IMG/VR virus record: IMGVR_UViG_3300049255_000219
Source: an uncultured virus (IMG/VR IMGVR_UViG_3300049255_000219)
Lineage: Duplodnaviria; Heunggongvirae; Uroviricota; Caudoviricetes
Length of the DNA: 64,000 nt
Strand: one strand, 5' to 3'
Below are positions 28,769 through 38,636 of this stretch, piece by piece (within the stretch, counting starts at the first letter, position 1; each line of letters starts with the position of its first letter). A program made the translations under genes and the position numbers. The notes beneath the pieces are model-generated. The model had not been told where the DNA came from. It did not search any database and saw only the letters and a list, made by a program, of their open reading frames with translations.

Positions 28769-28857
28769 CCACGTCGTCACCATCAACAGATTCAACCTAC
28801 CGTTCCGCCAACGTCATTGCATACCGGCATAGCCATCCATCAAGCGACCAACCAGAC

Positions 28858-29085
28858 ATGAAATCTATCCAGTTCAAGAAGCACTATCGCAGTTACAACC
28901 CCGGCGAAACAGCGCATTTCGCAATTGATGTTGCGGACAAACTGATTGCGGCCGGCGTCGCTGTCGATCCAGCCACGTTGACCACAGCGGCAGCAACAAC
29001 CGCTGCGACTGAATCAAGCGATAGCAAATCCGGCAAGCCGGAAAAGCGTGTGCAACCGAAGACAGCCAATGCTCAACCGGACTGA
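28858..29085 (+). CDS. Small head-associated hypothetical protein
   Basis: YNPGETAHF...ADKLIAAGVA, typical of post-capsid genes. Confidence 0.7.
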   Translation: MKSIQFKKHYRSYNPGETAHFAIDVADKLIAAGVAVDPATLTTAAATTAATESSDSKSGKPEKRVQPKTANAQPD

Positions 29086-29647
29086 CATCCCGGTGCCGGC
29101 GCTCACGCTCGACGACGCCAGGCTGCAGGTACGCCTGACCGCCGACGAGCATGAACACGATGCCGACCTGACTGCACTGCTGAGCGACGTGCAGTCGATG
29201 GCTGAATCGGAATTGCGCTGCGGCCTGACCGACACCAGCTATCGTGAAACCCTGTCGGGATTCCCGGCCTCCCGATGGTATCTGAATCGTGGCCGTGTGA
29301 AGTCGATTGCGTCGATCCAGTATTTTGACGCCGCCAACAACCTGCAGACGCTCGCTGCTTACACCGTGGAAGAGTCATGCGGACTCGCGATCATCTCGCC
29401 GGGAGCCGGCGTCGACAAATTCCCCGATGTCACAACGCGTCCCGACGCTGTCACCGTTGAATATGTCTCCGGATTCGGCAAGCCGTCCGATGTCCCTGAC
29501 AGCATCAAGCGCTGGATGAAGCTCCAGATCGGCAACTGGTTCGCCAACCGCGATGCGGCAAGCGAGGTGTCGAGCAAGCATGCGCTGGTCACAAACCCGT
29601 TCCTCGACAGCCTGATCGCGGAATATCGCGTGCGCTCTTATGTGTAA
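29069..29647 (+). CDS. Head-tail connector (gp6-like)
   Basis: LTLDDARLQVRL, VPDSIKRWMKLQIGNWFANR. Confidence 0.88.
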   Translation: MLNRTDIPVPALTLDDARLQVRLTADEHEHDADLTALLSDVQSMAESELRCGLTDTSYRETLSGFPASRWYLNRGRVKSIASIQYFDAANNLQTLAAYTVEESCGLAIISPGAGVDKFPDVTTRPDAVTVEYVSGFGKPSDVPDSIKRWMKLQIGNWFANRDAASEVSSKHALVTNPFLDSLIAEYRVRSYV

Positions 29648-29669
29648 CCTTTATGTGTGACCTCTACGT

Positions 29670-30002
29670 ATGACCCTGCAGTCCGGAAGTCTCAATCGGC
29701 TGGTGACCATACAACGCAAATCCGGCGACAAGGATGGCCTCGGCCAGTCCGCGCCTGCCTGGGTTGACTTTGCGCTGGTGTGGGCGAATATCCGTTACCT
29801 GAGTGGCAAGGAATACATGGCCGGGCAGGTTGAAGTGAGCAAGGCGATTGCCAGTATCCGCATCCGGTACCGCGAGGACGTCACGGCCGCAATGCGGGTA
29901 GTGTACCGCGGCGCGACCTACAACATCGCCGCGGTATTGCCAGACACGCAGGGGCGCGAGTATGTGGATCTGGCGGTTGCCATTGGAGCCAATCGTGGCT
30001 GA
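29670..30002 (+). CDS. Head closure protein (SPP1 gp16-like)
   Basis: LNRLVTIQ, VWANI, IRIRYREDVTAAMRV. Confidence 0.92.
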   Translation: MTLQSGSLNRLVTIQRKSGDKDGLGQSAPAWVDFALVWANIRYLSGKEYMAGQVEVSKAIASIRIRYREDVTAAMRVVYRGATYNIAAVLPDTQGREYVDLAVAIGANRG

Positions 30003-30387
30003 CGTAGCGAAAATCACTGGACTGGACGATTTTGCTGCGAGCATCGACGCCTTGCACAACGAATTGCGGGGCGCGTTGCCGGACATTGTCCTTGATGGCG
30101 CGACGGTCATCGAAGCTGAAATCCGGGCGCGTGCGCCGGTACGAAGCGGCAACCTCGCCAGCGCGATCGACACCATTGAAACCAGCAGCATTGACGCTGC
30201 CTCGGCCATTGTGCAGGTCGACGACAGTGCGCAAGGCCAGCAGGAGCATTACGCGATATTTGATGAATTCGGCACGTCGAAGCAACCGGCGCGGCCTTTC
30301 TTCCGTCCAGGCGTGCAGGCGGCCGCACCCAGGGCCCAGCAATTGATGGTCGAGCGCATCGCATCCATTATCGGGGACGCCCAATGA
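29995..30387 (+). CDS. HK97 gp10-like neck protein
   Basis: APVRSGNL, EFGTSKQPARPFFRP; GTG start at 29995. Confidence 0.9.
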   Translation: MADVAKITGLDDFAASIDALHNELRGALPDIVLDGATVIEAEIRARAPVRSGNLASAIDTIETSSIDAASAIVQVDDSAQGQQEHYAIFDEFGTSKQPARPFFRPGVQAAAPRAQQLMVERIASIIGDAQ

Positions 30388-30743
30388 GCGTCGAAGCAGC
30401 GATCTTCCAGACGCTGAGCGGCTGGCCAGCACTCGCTGACGTCGTAATCAGTGCGGACCGGGTGGAGGAAAACGACGCGCCGCCGTATGTCATTTTTCAG
30501 AAAATTACTGGTGCGCGTGTCCATTCCCTGCAAGGCGATAGTGGGCTGGCCAATCCGCATTTCCAGATTGATGTCTACGCGGATACGCGGGCTGCCGCCA
30601 TTGTGCTGCGCGACGAAGTCAGGAAAGCCATGCTGGCGAACCCCGATCTGGGCGCGATTCACATCGCGGAAGGCGCGACATACGAACCTGATACCAAACT
30701 GTTTCGGGAGCGCACCGATTTTTCGCTCTGGTTTTACGACTGA
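30384..30743 (+). CDS. Tail terminator (DUF3168-like)
   Basis: PYVIFQKI, FQIDVYA; position before the tail tube gene. Confidence 0.85.
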   Translation: MSVEAAIFQTLSGWPALADVVISADRVEENDAPPYVIFQKITGARVHSLQGDSGLANPHFQIDVYADTRAAAIVLRDEVRKAMLANPDLGAIHIAEGATYEPDTKLFRERTDFSLWFYD

Positions 30744-30763
30744 ACATTTCGTTTTCTACCGAT

Positions 30764-30790
30764 GGCCGCCTATGGGCGGCTTTTTCATTT
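30764..30790 (+). terminator. Intrinsic terminator
   Basis: GCCGCC-tatg-GGCGGC followed by TTTTT. Confidence 0.65.
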
Positions 30791-30802
30791 TAGGAGCCAT
30801 TT

Positions 30803-31222
30803 ATGACCAATGCCATCCGCAGCCAGGGTACCAGGCTGCAACACGGTACCGGGGCCAGCCCTGTCGTCTTCGCCGACATTGAGGAATGCACCGATATTCA
30901 GCTCGGCGGTGTCAGCGTCGCCGTGGTGGATGTCACGCACCTGCTGTCGGACGGCAAGGAATCGGTGCCTGGCCTGCTCGACCCCGGCACGATTACGCTG
31001 ACCTGCAACTACACGGGTGGAGCGGTGCAGAAGGCGCTGTACGCCGACGTGCTGGCAGGAAGGACGTCGCCCTACCAGCTGATACTCGGCGGCTCAGCGA
31101 CACCGATCACGATCAGCTTTAACGCCTATGTCACCAAGTACGACGGACCGACCGCCAAGGTGGATGGCAAGCTCGATCTCGCCATCAGCCTGAAGATCAC
31201 CGGCGTTTCCATTACGACCTAA
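30803..31222 (+). CDS. Major tail tube protein
   Basis: VDVTHLLSDGKESVPGLLDPG; C-terminal LKITG. Confidence 0.9.
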   Translation: MTNAIRSQGTRLQHGTGASPVVFADIEECTDIQLGGVSVAVVDVTHLLSDGKESVPGLLDPGTITLTCNYTGGAVQKALYADVLAGRTSPYQLILGGSATPITISFNAYVTKYDGPTAKVDGKLDLAISLKITGVSITT

Positions 31223-31234
31223 ATAAGGAAAACC

Positions 31235-31567
31235 ATGGCACTTCAAATTGACAAAGCGGCGCTGCTGCTGGCGCTGAAGCCTAAAACCACTTCGCTTGCC
31301 ATTGATGGCTTTGGCGACATCGGCATCGTGCAGTTGAGCGTGGCGGAGGTCGATAGCCTTCGGTCCGTGCTCAAGAGCGATGACAAGACAGATCAGTTCG
31401 GGTTGAACATGGTCATGCTGTCCGTCGTGGACAGCGACGGAAATCGCGTCTTCGCGGATGAAGACATGCCGGCGTTGAAGGCGGCCAGCAACGCCGCTAT
31501 GGACGCGCTGGTCGGCAAGACACTGGAAGTCAACGGCTTCAAGAAGGTTGTCGACGCAAAAAACTGA
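31235..31567 (+). CDS. Tail assembly chaperone (gpG-like)
   Basis: Follows the tail tube; ends GCA AAA AAC TGA (slippery site). Confidence 0.85.
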   Translation: MALQIDKAALLLALKPKTTSLAIDGFGDIGIVQLSVAEVDSLRSVLKSDDKTDQFGLNMVMLSVVDSDGNRVFADEDMPALKAASNAAMDALVGKTLEVNGFKKVVDAKN

Positions 31568-31941
31568 GGGATTGCCCAGAGCGCAGGTTCAAACACAGGC
31601 TGGCGCTCGCTCTCGGAAAGACATTGGGCGACATCGAAGCCATGCCGATGGCGGAATATTTGAACTGGCAGGAATTCTACAGCGTCGAACCATGGGGACT
31701 GTCCGTGCAGGACGCATTGCAGGCCCATCTGGCGTCGATTCTGGCGAACGTAAACCGTGACAGTGGGAAGCGACCGGTACCCTATGCATTAAGCGATTTC
31801 CTGATATTTGCTGATCTTCATAAGGAACAGAAAACCAGTCAGGAAGAGCCGGTACGCGTCAACGGACTGACGGCGGAGCAGCACAAGCTGCTGATGGGAT
31901 TCGAGGCGTTAAAGCAAAAACTGGATGCAGAAAACGGCTAA
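31558..31941 (+). CDS. Tail assembly chaperone extension (gpGT) via -1 frameshift
   Basis: A AAA AAC at 31558-31564; the -1 frame reads LRDCPERRFKHRLALALGKTLGDIEAMP...WQEFYSVEPWG to the stop at 31941. Confidence 0.85.
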   Translation, partial: KKLRDCPERRFKHRLALALGKTLGDIEAMPMAEYLNWQEFYSVEPWGLSVQDALQAHLASILANVNRDSGKRPVPYALSDFLIFADLHKEQKTSQEEPVRVNGLTAEQHKLLMGFEALKQKLDAENG

Positions 31942-31990
31942 CGAACCGTAGTTGCGATAGGTCAGACGAATCTTGTAGTTTATTGCTGTG

Positions 31991-32302
31991 CTACGCCGCA
32001 CGTGCCATCGGCTGAATTTCCTTGATGATTCTTGGCAGCACTTCTTGCTCGGCTATTTTCAGATCGTAAGCCTGCTGAAAATTGAGCCATGACCGTGCAT
32101 CACCGCCGAAGTACCGTGCCAGCCGCAGCGCTGTGTCCGGCGAGATTCCGCGCCGCTCCAGCACGATATTATTGATCCGGTCCGGGGGAACATGTAAAGC
32201 CTTGGACAGCGCGTGTGCGCTCATATCGAGCGGCTTCAGATAGTCCTCGCGCAGGATCTCGCCCGGATGAATCGGGCGCATGCCGTTCTTGAATTTGATC
32301 AT
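31991..32302 (-). CDS. higA: HigA-family antitoxin (no adjacent HigB)
   Basis: MRPIHPGEILREDYL...GISPDTALRLARYFG...WLNFQQAYDL. Confidence 0.92.
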   Translation of the reverse strand: MIKFKNGMRPIHPGEILREDYLKPLDMSAHALSKALHVPPDRINNIVLERRGISPDTALRLARYFGGDARSWLNFQQAYDLKIAEQEVLPRIIKEIQPMARAA

Positions 32303-32339
32303 GTTTTTCTCCTGATGCCGCTATATATAGCCAAGAATG

Positions 32340-33284
32340 CTAGAGCGCACCAATATGCTGTCCTATGCGATCCAGTATCGCATTGAACTCTGGTTGACCT
32401 TCATAATACAAAGCTGTCGTCTTCTTGTATTCGGATTCAAATCGCGCGCGTTCGGTCGGATCCTCAAGCAGGAAAGCCTGATTTCTGGCGATCACCTGCT
32501 CGTCGCCAGTGCGAAAACGCTGTTCCTTGCGTGCAGCATATTCCGGCGTGCCTATGAATGCCTGAATCTCGGGCAGTTCAAGCAGACAATAGACATCGTA
32601 GTAATGCCGCAGGAAATTGGATGAAAACGTACCTGACTCGACCAGCCGCCGATACTTGGTTGAAATGGTTTGCAGTTTCTCGACAAATGTATACGTTGGC
32701 ACATAACAGGCAACGTCCAGGGCACGGTTGTCGACCATTGCGACTTTGCGCTCGTCTGCAAGATTGAAGGCCCAGGACGAAATCGCGACGGGTCGATTCG
32801 GCGTCGTATCGTCAAAACCCAGTTCCAGCAGGATACCCGTCTTGAGACCGGCAAGGGCCGGAATGCTGCTAGGATAGATCAGGCGTATCCCGGCGCTGCG
32901 CATCTTGTCGTCGTCGAAGAAGGTGTCGCGCTCAACCCGCTCAATGCCCGGGATGCGAATCTGGGTGGCCAACCCGTCATAGAAATTACGCCGCGAGGCG
33001 ACGTGCGCCGGCTTGTCATGGTTGCGCCCAAATTTGACATGCAGATCATCCGGCGGTTCGATCCGTATATCGATATCCTCCGAAAAACGGTGAATAACGC
33101 CAAAACCCTTCGAGAGCGATGTGCCGCCCTTCAATTCGAAGCGAAATCCCTGTGTCTGGAGTCCCCAAAGGCAATGCATGATCCAGTAGTCTTTTTCGAC
33201 CAACGCGGGGTCGATGCCACGCTGCTCGGCCAGGATAGCGATCAATTGGGAAAAATCGCGATGGTCATGCAAGAACTCAGGCAT
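32340..33284 (-). CDS. abiEii: AbiEii-family nucleotidyltransferase toxin
   Basis: VEKDYW, KGGTSLSK...RFSEDID, EKL, RHYYDV. Confidence 0.92.
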   Translation of the reverse strand: MPEFLHDHRDFSQLIAILAEQRGIDPALVEKDYWIMHCLWGLQTQGFRFELKGGTSLSKGFGVIHRFSEDIDIRIEPPDDLHVKFGRNHDKPAHVASRRNFYDGLATQIRIPGIERVERDTFFDDDKMRSAGIRLIYPSSIPALAGLKTGILLELGFDDTTPNRPVAISSWAFNLADERKVAMVDNRALDVACYVPTYTFVEKLQTISTKYRRLVESGTFSSNFLRHYYDVYCLLELPEIQAFIGTPEYAARKEQRFRTGDEQVIARNQAFLLEDPTERARFESEYKKTTALYYEGQPEFNAILDRIGQHIGAL

Positions 33285-33888
33285 GCAACCATCCCGCTAC
33301 GCGCTTCCTGGTTGCCACCGAGCCATAGCTGGTTAAGGCCCGCAGCAGGCGTGCGCGGTCGAATTCTCCGACCTTGCGTTGCGCTTCTGCGGAAACGAGC
33401 GCCTTGTCCTCGGCCAGTTCGTCGAGATTATTGAGCATGTCGACAAACAGGAATTCCGGCGTGAGTTTCTTCGGAAAACGCGGCTTGACCCTGCAGTCGA
33501 ACTGACGGTTTCCCAAGGCAAACACTCCGTGCCGCTTGTGGTTGTAGACGAGGGTGCGATTGTATAGCTGGGTCGTTCCCAGTCCGAGCGTGTTATATGC
33601 GGACGGCGAAAAAACCAAAAAATCCTTGTCGCGCAGGAATGCTTCCATCAAATCCTGATCGTCAGGGGGAACGGTACCGAAGTCCGATTGCCGCGGGGCG
33701 TAGTACAAACCTTGCGCCAGCTTCTTCAATTGCCCGCGTACCACCAGTTCGCGCAGATCGCGATCCACCGCCTTCGATACCTGCGCCAAATCCTCGCGAC
33801 GATAGACCCGGCCGGCGCGCAGGGTGCTGGCAAGGCCGGCAGAGCCGCCCTTAACGGCGGCGGGATGGTGTCGCAAGCTAGTAGTCAT
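33277..33888 (-). CDS. AbiEi-like antitoxin (wHTH)
   Basis: LRELVVRGQLKKLAQGLYYAP, LGLGTTQ; overlaps the abiEii start. Confidence 0.8.
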   Translation of the reverse strand: MTTSLRHHPAAVKGGSAGLASTLRAGRVYRREDLAQVSKAVDRDLRELVVRGQLKKLAQGLYYAPRQSDFGTVPPDDQDLMEAFLRDKDFLVFSPSAYNTLGLGTTQLYNRTLVYNHKRHGVFALGNRQFDCRVKPRFPKKLTPEFLFVDMLNNLDELAEDKALVSAEAQRKVGEFDRARLLRALTSYGSVATRKRVAGWLHA

Positions 33889-34010
33889 AATGGATTTTCA
33901 TTGAAGTTTCATGCAAATTGTAGCACAAATCCCGATTCCGTAGCTGTCCGATGCTGGCGTCACACCTTATGAATCGGTCAACCCGTTTCACGCACTTTTG
34001 CTAAAAACAC

Positions 34011-36770
34011 ATGGCTCTTGGCAATTTATCCATCACCGTCAACGCGGACGTATCCCGATTTATCAGCAACATGGATACGGCTTCGCGCGCAGCCCAGTCT
34101 GGCATGGGCGAGTCGGCTGCATCGGTCGAGCAGTTCCAGACCAGCCTGATGCAGGCCGCTGCCGAAATGGAACGCGCTGCCAAGGCGATGAGCAGCAACA
34201 TGGAAGCAGCCAACGATGCGATTGCCTCCAGCACCGAAAAGTCGACCGCTGCGATTGACGATTTGCAAAATGCAGCCGATAACGTCGACTTCACCTCGAC
34301 ATCCGAGAAATTCGCGGCAGCATTCGGTGCGGGTGTTGGTGCCGGCGCAACAACTGCAGACAAGGCGATCGAAGGATTCAAATCCTACGTCAAGACCCGG
34401 CTGGTCATCACCGGTATCGCATTGATCGCCGGCGTCAGCGCCGCAGCACTGTCTGCCATCTACGTCACCTATAAAGTGATAAAGGAAGCAATAGGCTTCA
34501 TCGCCGGTTTGTTCACCGGAGAAAGTTACAAGAGCGAGAGCATCGATGCGCTGATCACGACCAACAACGAAATCAAGGAAATCCAGAATTCCCTCAACCT
34601 GACGGCCCAGCAGGCGTCCGCCACCAACGCTGCGATCGCTGCACTGGGCGTGAACAAATCGGACTACACATCGGTGTTCACCAGCGCTGCCGGTGCGATC
34701 CACACGAATACCGATGAGCTCGACCGGCTCGGCGTCAAATACAAGGACGTCAACGGCAACCTGCTGCCATTGACGGACACCATCCAGAATGCGAATGCGG
34801 TTCTCAATGAATACACGTCCGGATGGGATCGCAACCAGGCAGCCTCCGCAATCGGACTCGGGACCGCAGCTCAGGTCGCTGCCGCTGCGACAGTTACCAA
34901 GGAGGCGATGGCTGCGGCGGCTGCGCGCCTGAACGACTATAACCTCGGCATCGGCGCTGATTCGCAGGCAGCGGTCAAGCGCTATGAAGACGCGATGCGC
35001 GACTTCAATCGTGAAACCGAACTGACCTCGGAGGGATTCAAGCGCGCCTGGGCCGACAACATCATGCCGATCCTGACCGATCTCGCGGAATTCTTCAAGG
35101 AAGGCTTTCCGTTTGCTGTGAATACCTTCCGCTACAGCATCGCAACGATCACCTCGCTGTTCTATGGGCTCAAGACCGTCGCCTACATCGTAGCCGAATC
35201 GATCGTTGGCAGCGTCTCGGCGATAGGCTCCGGCCTGGGCGGCGTCGCGGCTGCGGGAGTCAAGGTGCTCCAGGGCGACTTTACCGGCGCGAAGGAAGCA
35301 CTGATTGCCGGCTGGACCGACGCAAAGGGCCGGCTGGGGGAGATCGGCGACAACATCGTCGCGCAGGCACGGCATAATTCAGACGCGATGAAGCAGGCAT
35401 GGGCGCTGGACGATCGCAATGAATCCGGCGTGGCCGCTGCCAAGGGCAAGACATGGGTGCCGAAACCGAAGGACAAGCCAGACGGCCCGGCCGATGACCC
35501 CGCCAAGACCATCCTCGAAGGCTACCTGAAATCACAGGATGCCCTGATCGCGGCCGAGAAGAAGAGCATGGAAACGCGGCAGGGTTTCCTCAAGCAGTCG
35601 TATGACAGCGAGTACATCAATGCCCGCACCTATTACGACGAGAAGCGCAAGCTCATCGCCGACAACTATACGGAAACGCTGGCCGCCTACGACAAGGAGG
35701 CCGCTGCGGTCAACAAGTACAAGGCGGCGCTCAGCACGGATACCGACAAGGTAAAAATCGCCGCCGCCGACGTCAAGCTGATCGAAATTGCCGCCAAGCG
35801 CGCCGCAGCCGAAGCCGAGGCCAGCGCTGCCATGATCAAGACCAGCTCCGAACAACTCAAGATCTATTCCGACTTCGACCGCGCCACCATCGAATGGACG
35901 CGCAACCAGGAATTGTCGAATGCCCAGCAGCAGTTCTCGATCGACCTGATGGGCAAGAGCACGCTCGAGATCGCCAAGCTGACCGCCGCGCGCAAGATCG
36001 ACCTGGAAGTGCAGGAACGGATCCGCCAGTTGCACCTGAAGGATCCCAATGCGGATGTCTCCGGCGCCGTTGCGGCCGGGGCCGCGCAAACGCAAAAGGC
36101 AATTGACCTGATCCAGCAGCAAAACGACAAGCAGAAGGATCCCTGGTTCAACGCGCGCGAATCGATCCGCAAGTATGGGGAAGCGGCCAATGATGTCGGC
36201 GCGCAGATCGGCAATGCCATGGACAACGCATTCAAGGGTGCCGAAGACGCCTTCGTCAGTTTTGTGCAGACCGGCAAACTGTCGTTCAAGAGCCTGGCGA
36301 CATCCATCCTGGCCGATATCGAGCGCATCCTGATCAAGAAGGCGATCGCCGGGATCGTCGACATGGCGGTTGGCGGGTTTTCGTCCGGCTTTGGCTTCGG
36401 ATCGGGCTCGGACTCTGGCGCCGGATCGGCAGGTTCGTGGGCTGGCGGCGACGGTGGCGGTATGGATATCATGTCGGCTGCCGGCGGATATGACATTCCG
36501 TCCGGCGTAAACCCGCTGACGCAACTGCACGAAAAGGAAATGGTGCTGCCCGCGCCACAGGCCGATGTGATACGCGGCCTCACCGGCAAACCATCCCCCG
36601 GCAGCGGCGACGTTTCCATCAACATCACGGTGAATGCACAGACCGGCGACAGCACCACCTCGTCGACCGGGAACGCACGCCAGATGTCGCAACTGGGAGC
36701 GATGATCGGCGCCAAAGTGCGCGAGGTGATCGTGGCAGAGAAGCGCTCGGGAGGCTTGCTGGCGACATGA
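34011..36770 (+). CDS. Tail tape measure protein
   Basis: 919 aa, helical and Ala-rich; MALGNLSITVNAD; lambda-like C-terminus FVQTGKLSFKSLATSILAD. Confidence 0.93.
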   Translation: MALGNLSITVNADVSRFISNMDTASRAAQSGMGESAASVEQFQTSLMQAAAEMERAAKAMSSNMEAANDAIASSTEKSTAAIDDLQNAADNVDFTSTSEKFAAAFGAGVGAGATTADKAIEGFKSYVKTRLVITGIALIAGVSAAALSAIYVTYKVIKEAIGFIAGLFTGESYKSESIDALITTNNEIKEIQNSLNLTAQQASATNAAIAALGVNKSDYTSVFTSAAGAIHTNTDELDRLGVKYKDVNGNLLPLTDTIQNANAVLNEYTSGWDRNQAASAIGLGTAAQVAAAATVTKEAMAAAAARLNDYNLGIGADSQAAVKRYEDAMRDFNRETELTSEGFKRAWADNIMPILTDLAEFFKEGFPFAVNTFRYSIATITSLFYGLKTVAYIVAESIVGSVSAIGSGLGGVAAAGVKVLQGDFTGAKEALIAGWTDAKGRLGEIGDNIVAQARHNSDAMKQAWALDDRNESGVAAAKGKTWVPKPKDKPDGPADDPAKTILEGYLKSQDALIAAEKKSMETRQGFLKQSYDSEYINARTYYDEKRKLIADNYTETLAAYDKEAAAVNKYKAALSTDTDKVKIAAADVKLIEIAAKRAAAEAEASAAMIKTSSEQLKIYSDFDRATIEWTRNQELSNAQQQFSIDLMGKSTLEIAKLTAARKIDLEVQERIRQLHLKDPNADVSGAVAAGAAQTQKAIDLIQQQNDKQKDPWFNARESIRKYGEAANDVGAQIGNAMDNAFKGAEDAFVSFVQTGKLSFKSLATSILADIERILIKKAIAGIVDMAVGGFSSGFGFGSGSDSGAGSAGSWAGGDGGGMDIMSAAGGYDIPSGVNPLTQLHEKEMVLPAPQADVIRGLTGKPSPGSGDVSINITVNAQTGDSTTSSTGNARQMSQLGAMIGAKVREVIVAEKRSGGLLAT

Positions 36771-37102
36771 CGACATTCACTTTCCCGCCCAGCAACGCCA
36801 GCCTGACCGAAAAACCAAGGGTCGTGGTGGCAAAGTTCGGCGACGGCTACGAGCAGCGCACCGCCTTCGGCCTGAACACCAATCCGCAGTCGTGGTCGCT
36901 CACCTTCGCCAACAAGCGAGCCAGTGAGCGCGACTCGATCATGGGCTTTCTGCGGGCAGCCGGCGGCGTCACGGCCTTCGACTGGCAGCCGCCAGGCGAG
37001 ACGACCAGTTTCCGCTTCAAGTGCGCTGATTATTCGGCGCAGATCAATACCGACAAGCTGTGGACGATCACCGCCACGTTTGAGCAGGATTTCGGGAATT
37101 AA
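36767..37102 (+). CDS. Minor tail protein M-like
   Basis: KFGDGYEQR...GLN, AFDWQPP, ATFEQ. Confidence 0.92.
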   Translation: MTTFTFPPSNASLTEKPRVVVAKFGDGYEQRTAFGLNTNPQSWSLTFANKRASERDSIMGFLRAAGGVTAFDWQPPGETTSFRFKCADYSAQINTDKLWTITATFEQDFGN

Positions 37103-37125
37103 CCATTAGTCATTCAACATTCACG

Positions 37126-37150
37126 ACGCCGCCTGCGGGCGGCATTTTTG
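37126..37150 (+). terminator. Intrinsic terminator
   Basis: GCCGCC-tgcg-GGCGGC followed by ATTTTT. Confidence 0.55.
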
Positions 37151-37155
37151 CATCC

Positions 37156-37875
37156 ATGACATTCCAAACCGACACCATCCAGTCTGAAACTATCCAGACT
37201 GAAATACAGAGCCTCGCACCCTCCGCACTGATCGAACTGTTCGTGCTGGACCTCGGCAAACAGGGCGGTGGTGTGTTCCATTTTCATGCCGGCACCAACG
37301 AACTGTCCGGCGACGTCATATGGCAGGGACAGACCTATGCGCGCTTCCCGATCGAGGCGACTGGCTTCGACAAGCGCAGCACGGGCGCGCTGCCGCGTCC
37401 AGTCGTCAAAGTATCCAATGCGCAGGGCCTGATGGGCGCCCAGGCGCGCGAGTTCGGCTATTTCCTCGGTTGCAGATTCATTCGCAAGCGCACCTTCGCG
37501 CGCTTCCTGGATGCGGTGAATTTCGCATCCGGCAATCCACAGGCCGATCCGAACCAGGCGCTGCCCGACGACATCTGGATCATCGACCGCAAGGCGAATG
37601 AAAACCCCACGCAGATGGAATTCGAGCTGGCTTCCGCCCTGGACATGCAGGGCGTCACGTTGCCCCGGCGCCAGATGATCCAGAATTGCTGCGCCTGGGT
37701 CTACCGCTCGCCGGAGTGCGGCTATGCCGGCGGCGCGGTTGCAAAGGAAGACGGCACCACCACCACCGACCTCACGCTCGATCTGTGCGGCAAACGGCTC
37801 ACCGACTGCAAGCTGCGCTTCGGTTCCGGCGTGCTGCCGTATGGCGGCTTTCCCGGCTGCGGGCTGGTGCAATGA
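37156..37875 (+). CDS. Minor tail protein L-like
   Basis: IELFVLD, CAWVYRSPECGY, CGKRLTDCKLRFG, GGFPG. Confidence 0.95.
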   Translation: MTFQTDTIQSETIQTEIQSLAPSALIELFVLDLGKQGGGVFHFHAGTNELSGDVIWQGQTYARFPIEATGFDKRSTGALPRPVVKVSNAQGLMGAQAREFGYFLGCRFIRKRTFARFLDAVNFASGNPQADPNQALPDDIWIIDRKANENPTQMEFELASALDMQGVTLPRRQMIQNCCAWVYRSPECGYAGGAVAKEDGTTTTDLTLDLCGKRLTDCKLRFGSGVLPYGGFPGCGLVQ

Positions 37876-38636
37876 TTCCGGTCAGCGACGCCGTTCTTGC
37901 CGCGATCCGCGCCGACGCCGAACGCGCTTACCCGCGCGAATGCTGCGGCGTGGTGGTCGTTGCGCGCGGCAGGCAGCGCTATATCCCCTGCACCAACATC
38001 GCGCCCGGCAACAGCCACTTCGCGATCAGGCCGCAGGACTATGCGGCAGCCGAGGAAACCGGCGAGATCACGCACATCGTTCACAGCCACCCCGGCATGC
38101 CCCCGTTTCCGTCGGAAGCCGATCTGGTCAGCTGCGGGCGCTCGGGATTGCCGTGGATTATCGTTAACTGGCCGACGGGCGCGATCCATACCTTTGCGCC
38201 AAGCGGCTACCAGGCGCCACTGGTCGGACGCGCGTTTTCGCACGGCATCCTGGATTGCTATTCGCTGATCCGGGATTACTACCGGCAAGAACTCGCGCTC
38301 GACCTCCCAGACTTCGAGCGCGACGAGGAATGGTGGCTGAAGGGCAGTCATTCCAGCGGCGGCAATCTCTATCTGGACAATTTCGAGCGAGCCGGATTCG
38401 TCACCCTCGCGAACGACCAGCCGATGCGGAAACACGATGGCCTGCTGATGCAGATCGGCGCGGAAGTGCCAAACCATGCGGCCGTATATATCGGCGACGG
38501 ACTCATCTTGCAACACTGCATGCATCGCCTGTCGAGCCGCGACATCTATGGCGGCTACTGGCAGCGCAGCACCGTCAAGGTGGTCCGGCACAGGAGTTTG
38601 ATTGATGCACAATACGATGCAAAACAGTATGCGTGA
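37872..38636 (+). CDS. Tail assembly protein K (JAB + NlpC/P60)
   Basis: YPRECCG, VHSHP, DCYSLIRDYY, NHAAVY. Confidence 0.95.
   Translation: MIPVSDAVLAAIRADAERAYPRECCGVVVVARGRQRYIPCTNIAPGNSHFAIRPQDYAAAEETGEITHIVHSHPGMPPFPSEADLVSCGRSGLPWIIVNWPTGAIHTFAPSGYQAPLVGRAFSHGILDCYSLIRDYYRQELALDLPDFERDEEWWLKGSHSSGGNLYLDNFERAGFVTLANDQPMRKHDGLLMQIGAEVPNHAAVYIGDGLILQHCMHRLSSRDIYGGYWQRSTVKVVRHRSLIDAQYDAKQYA

Noticed and set aside
28092..28857. Group I intron carrying the HNH gene
   Set aside because: The capsid gene ends normally, flanks are only about 110 and 90 nt, and no intron core is recognisable.
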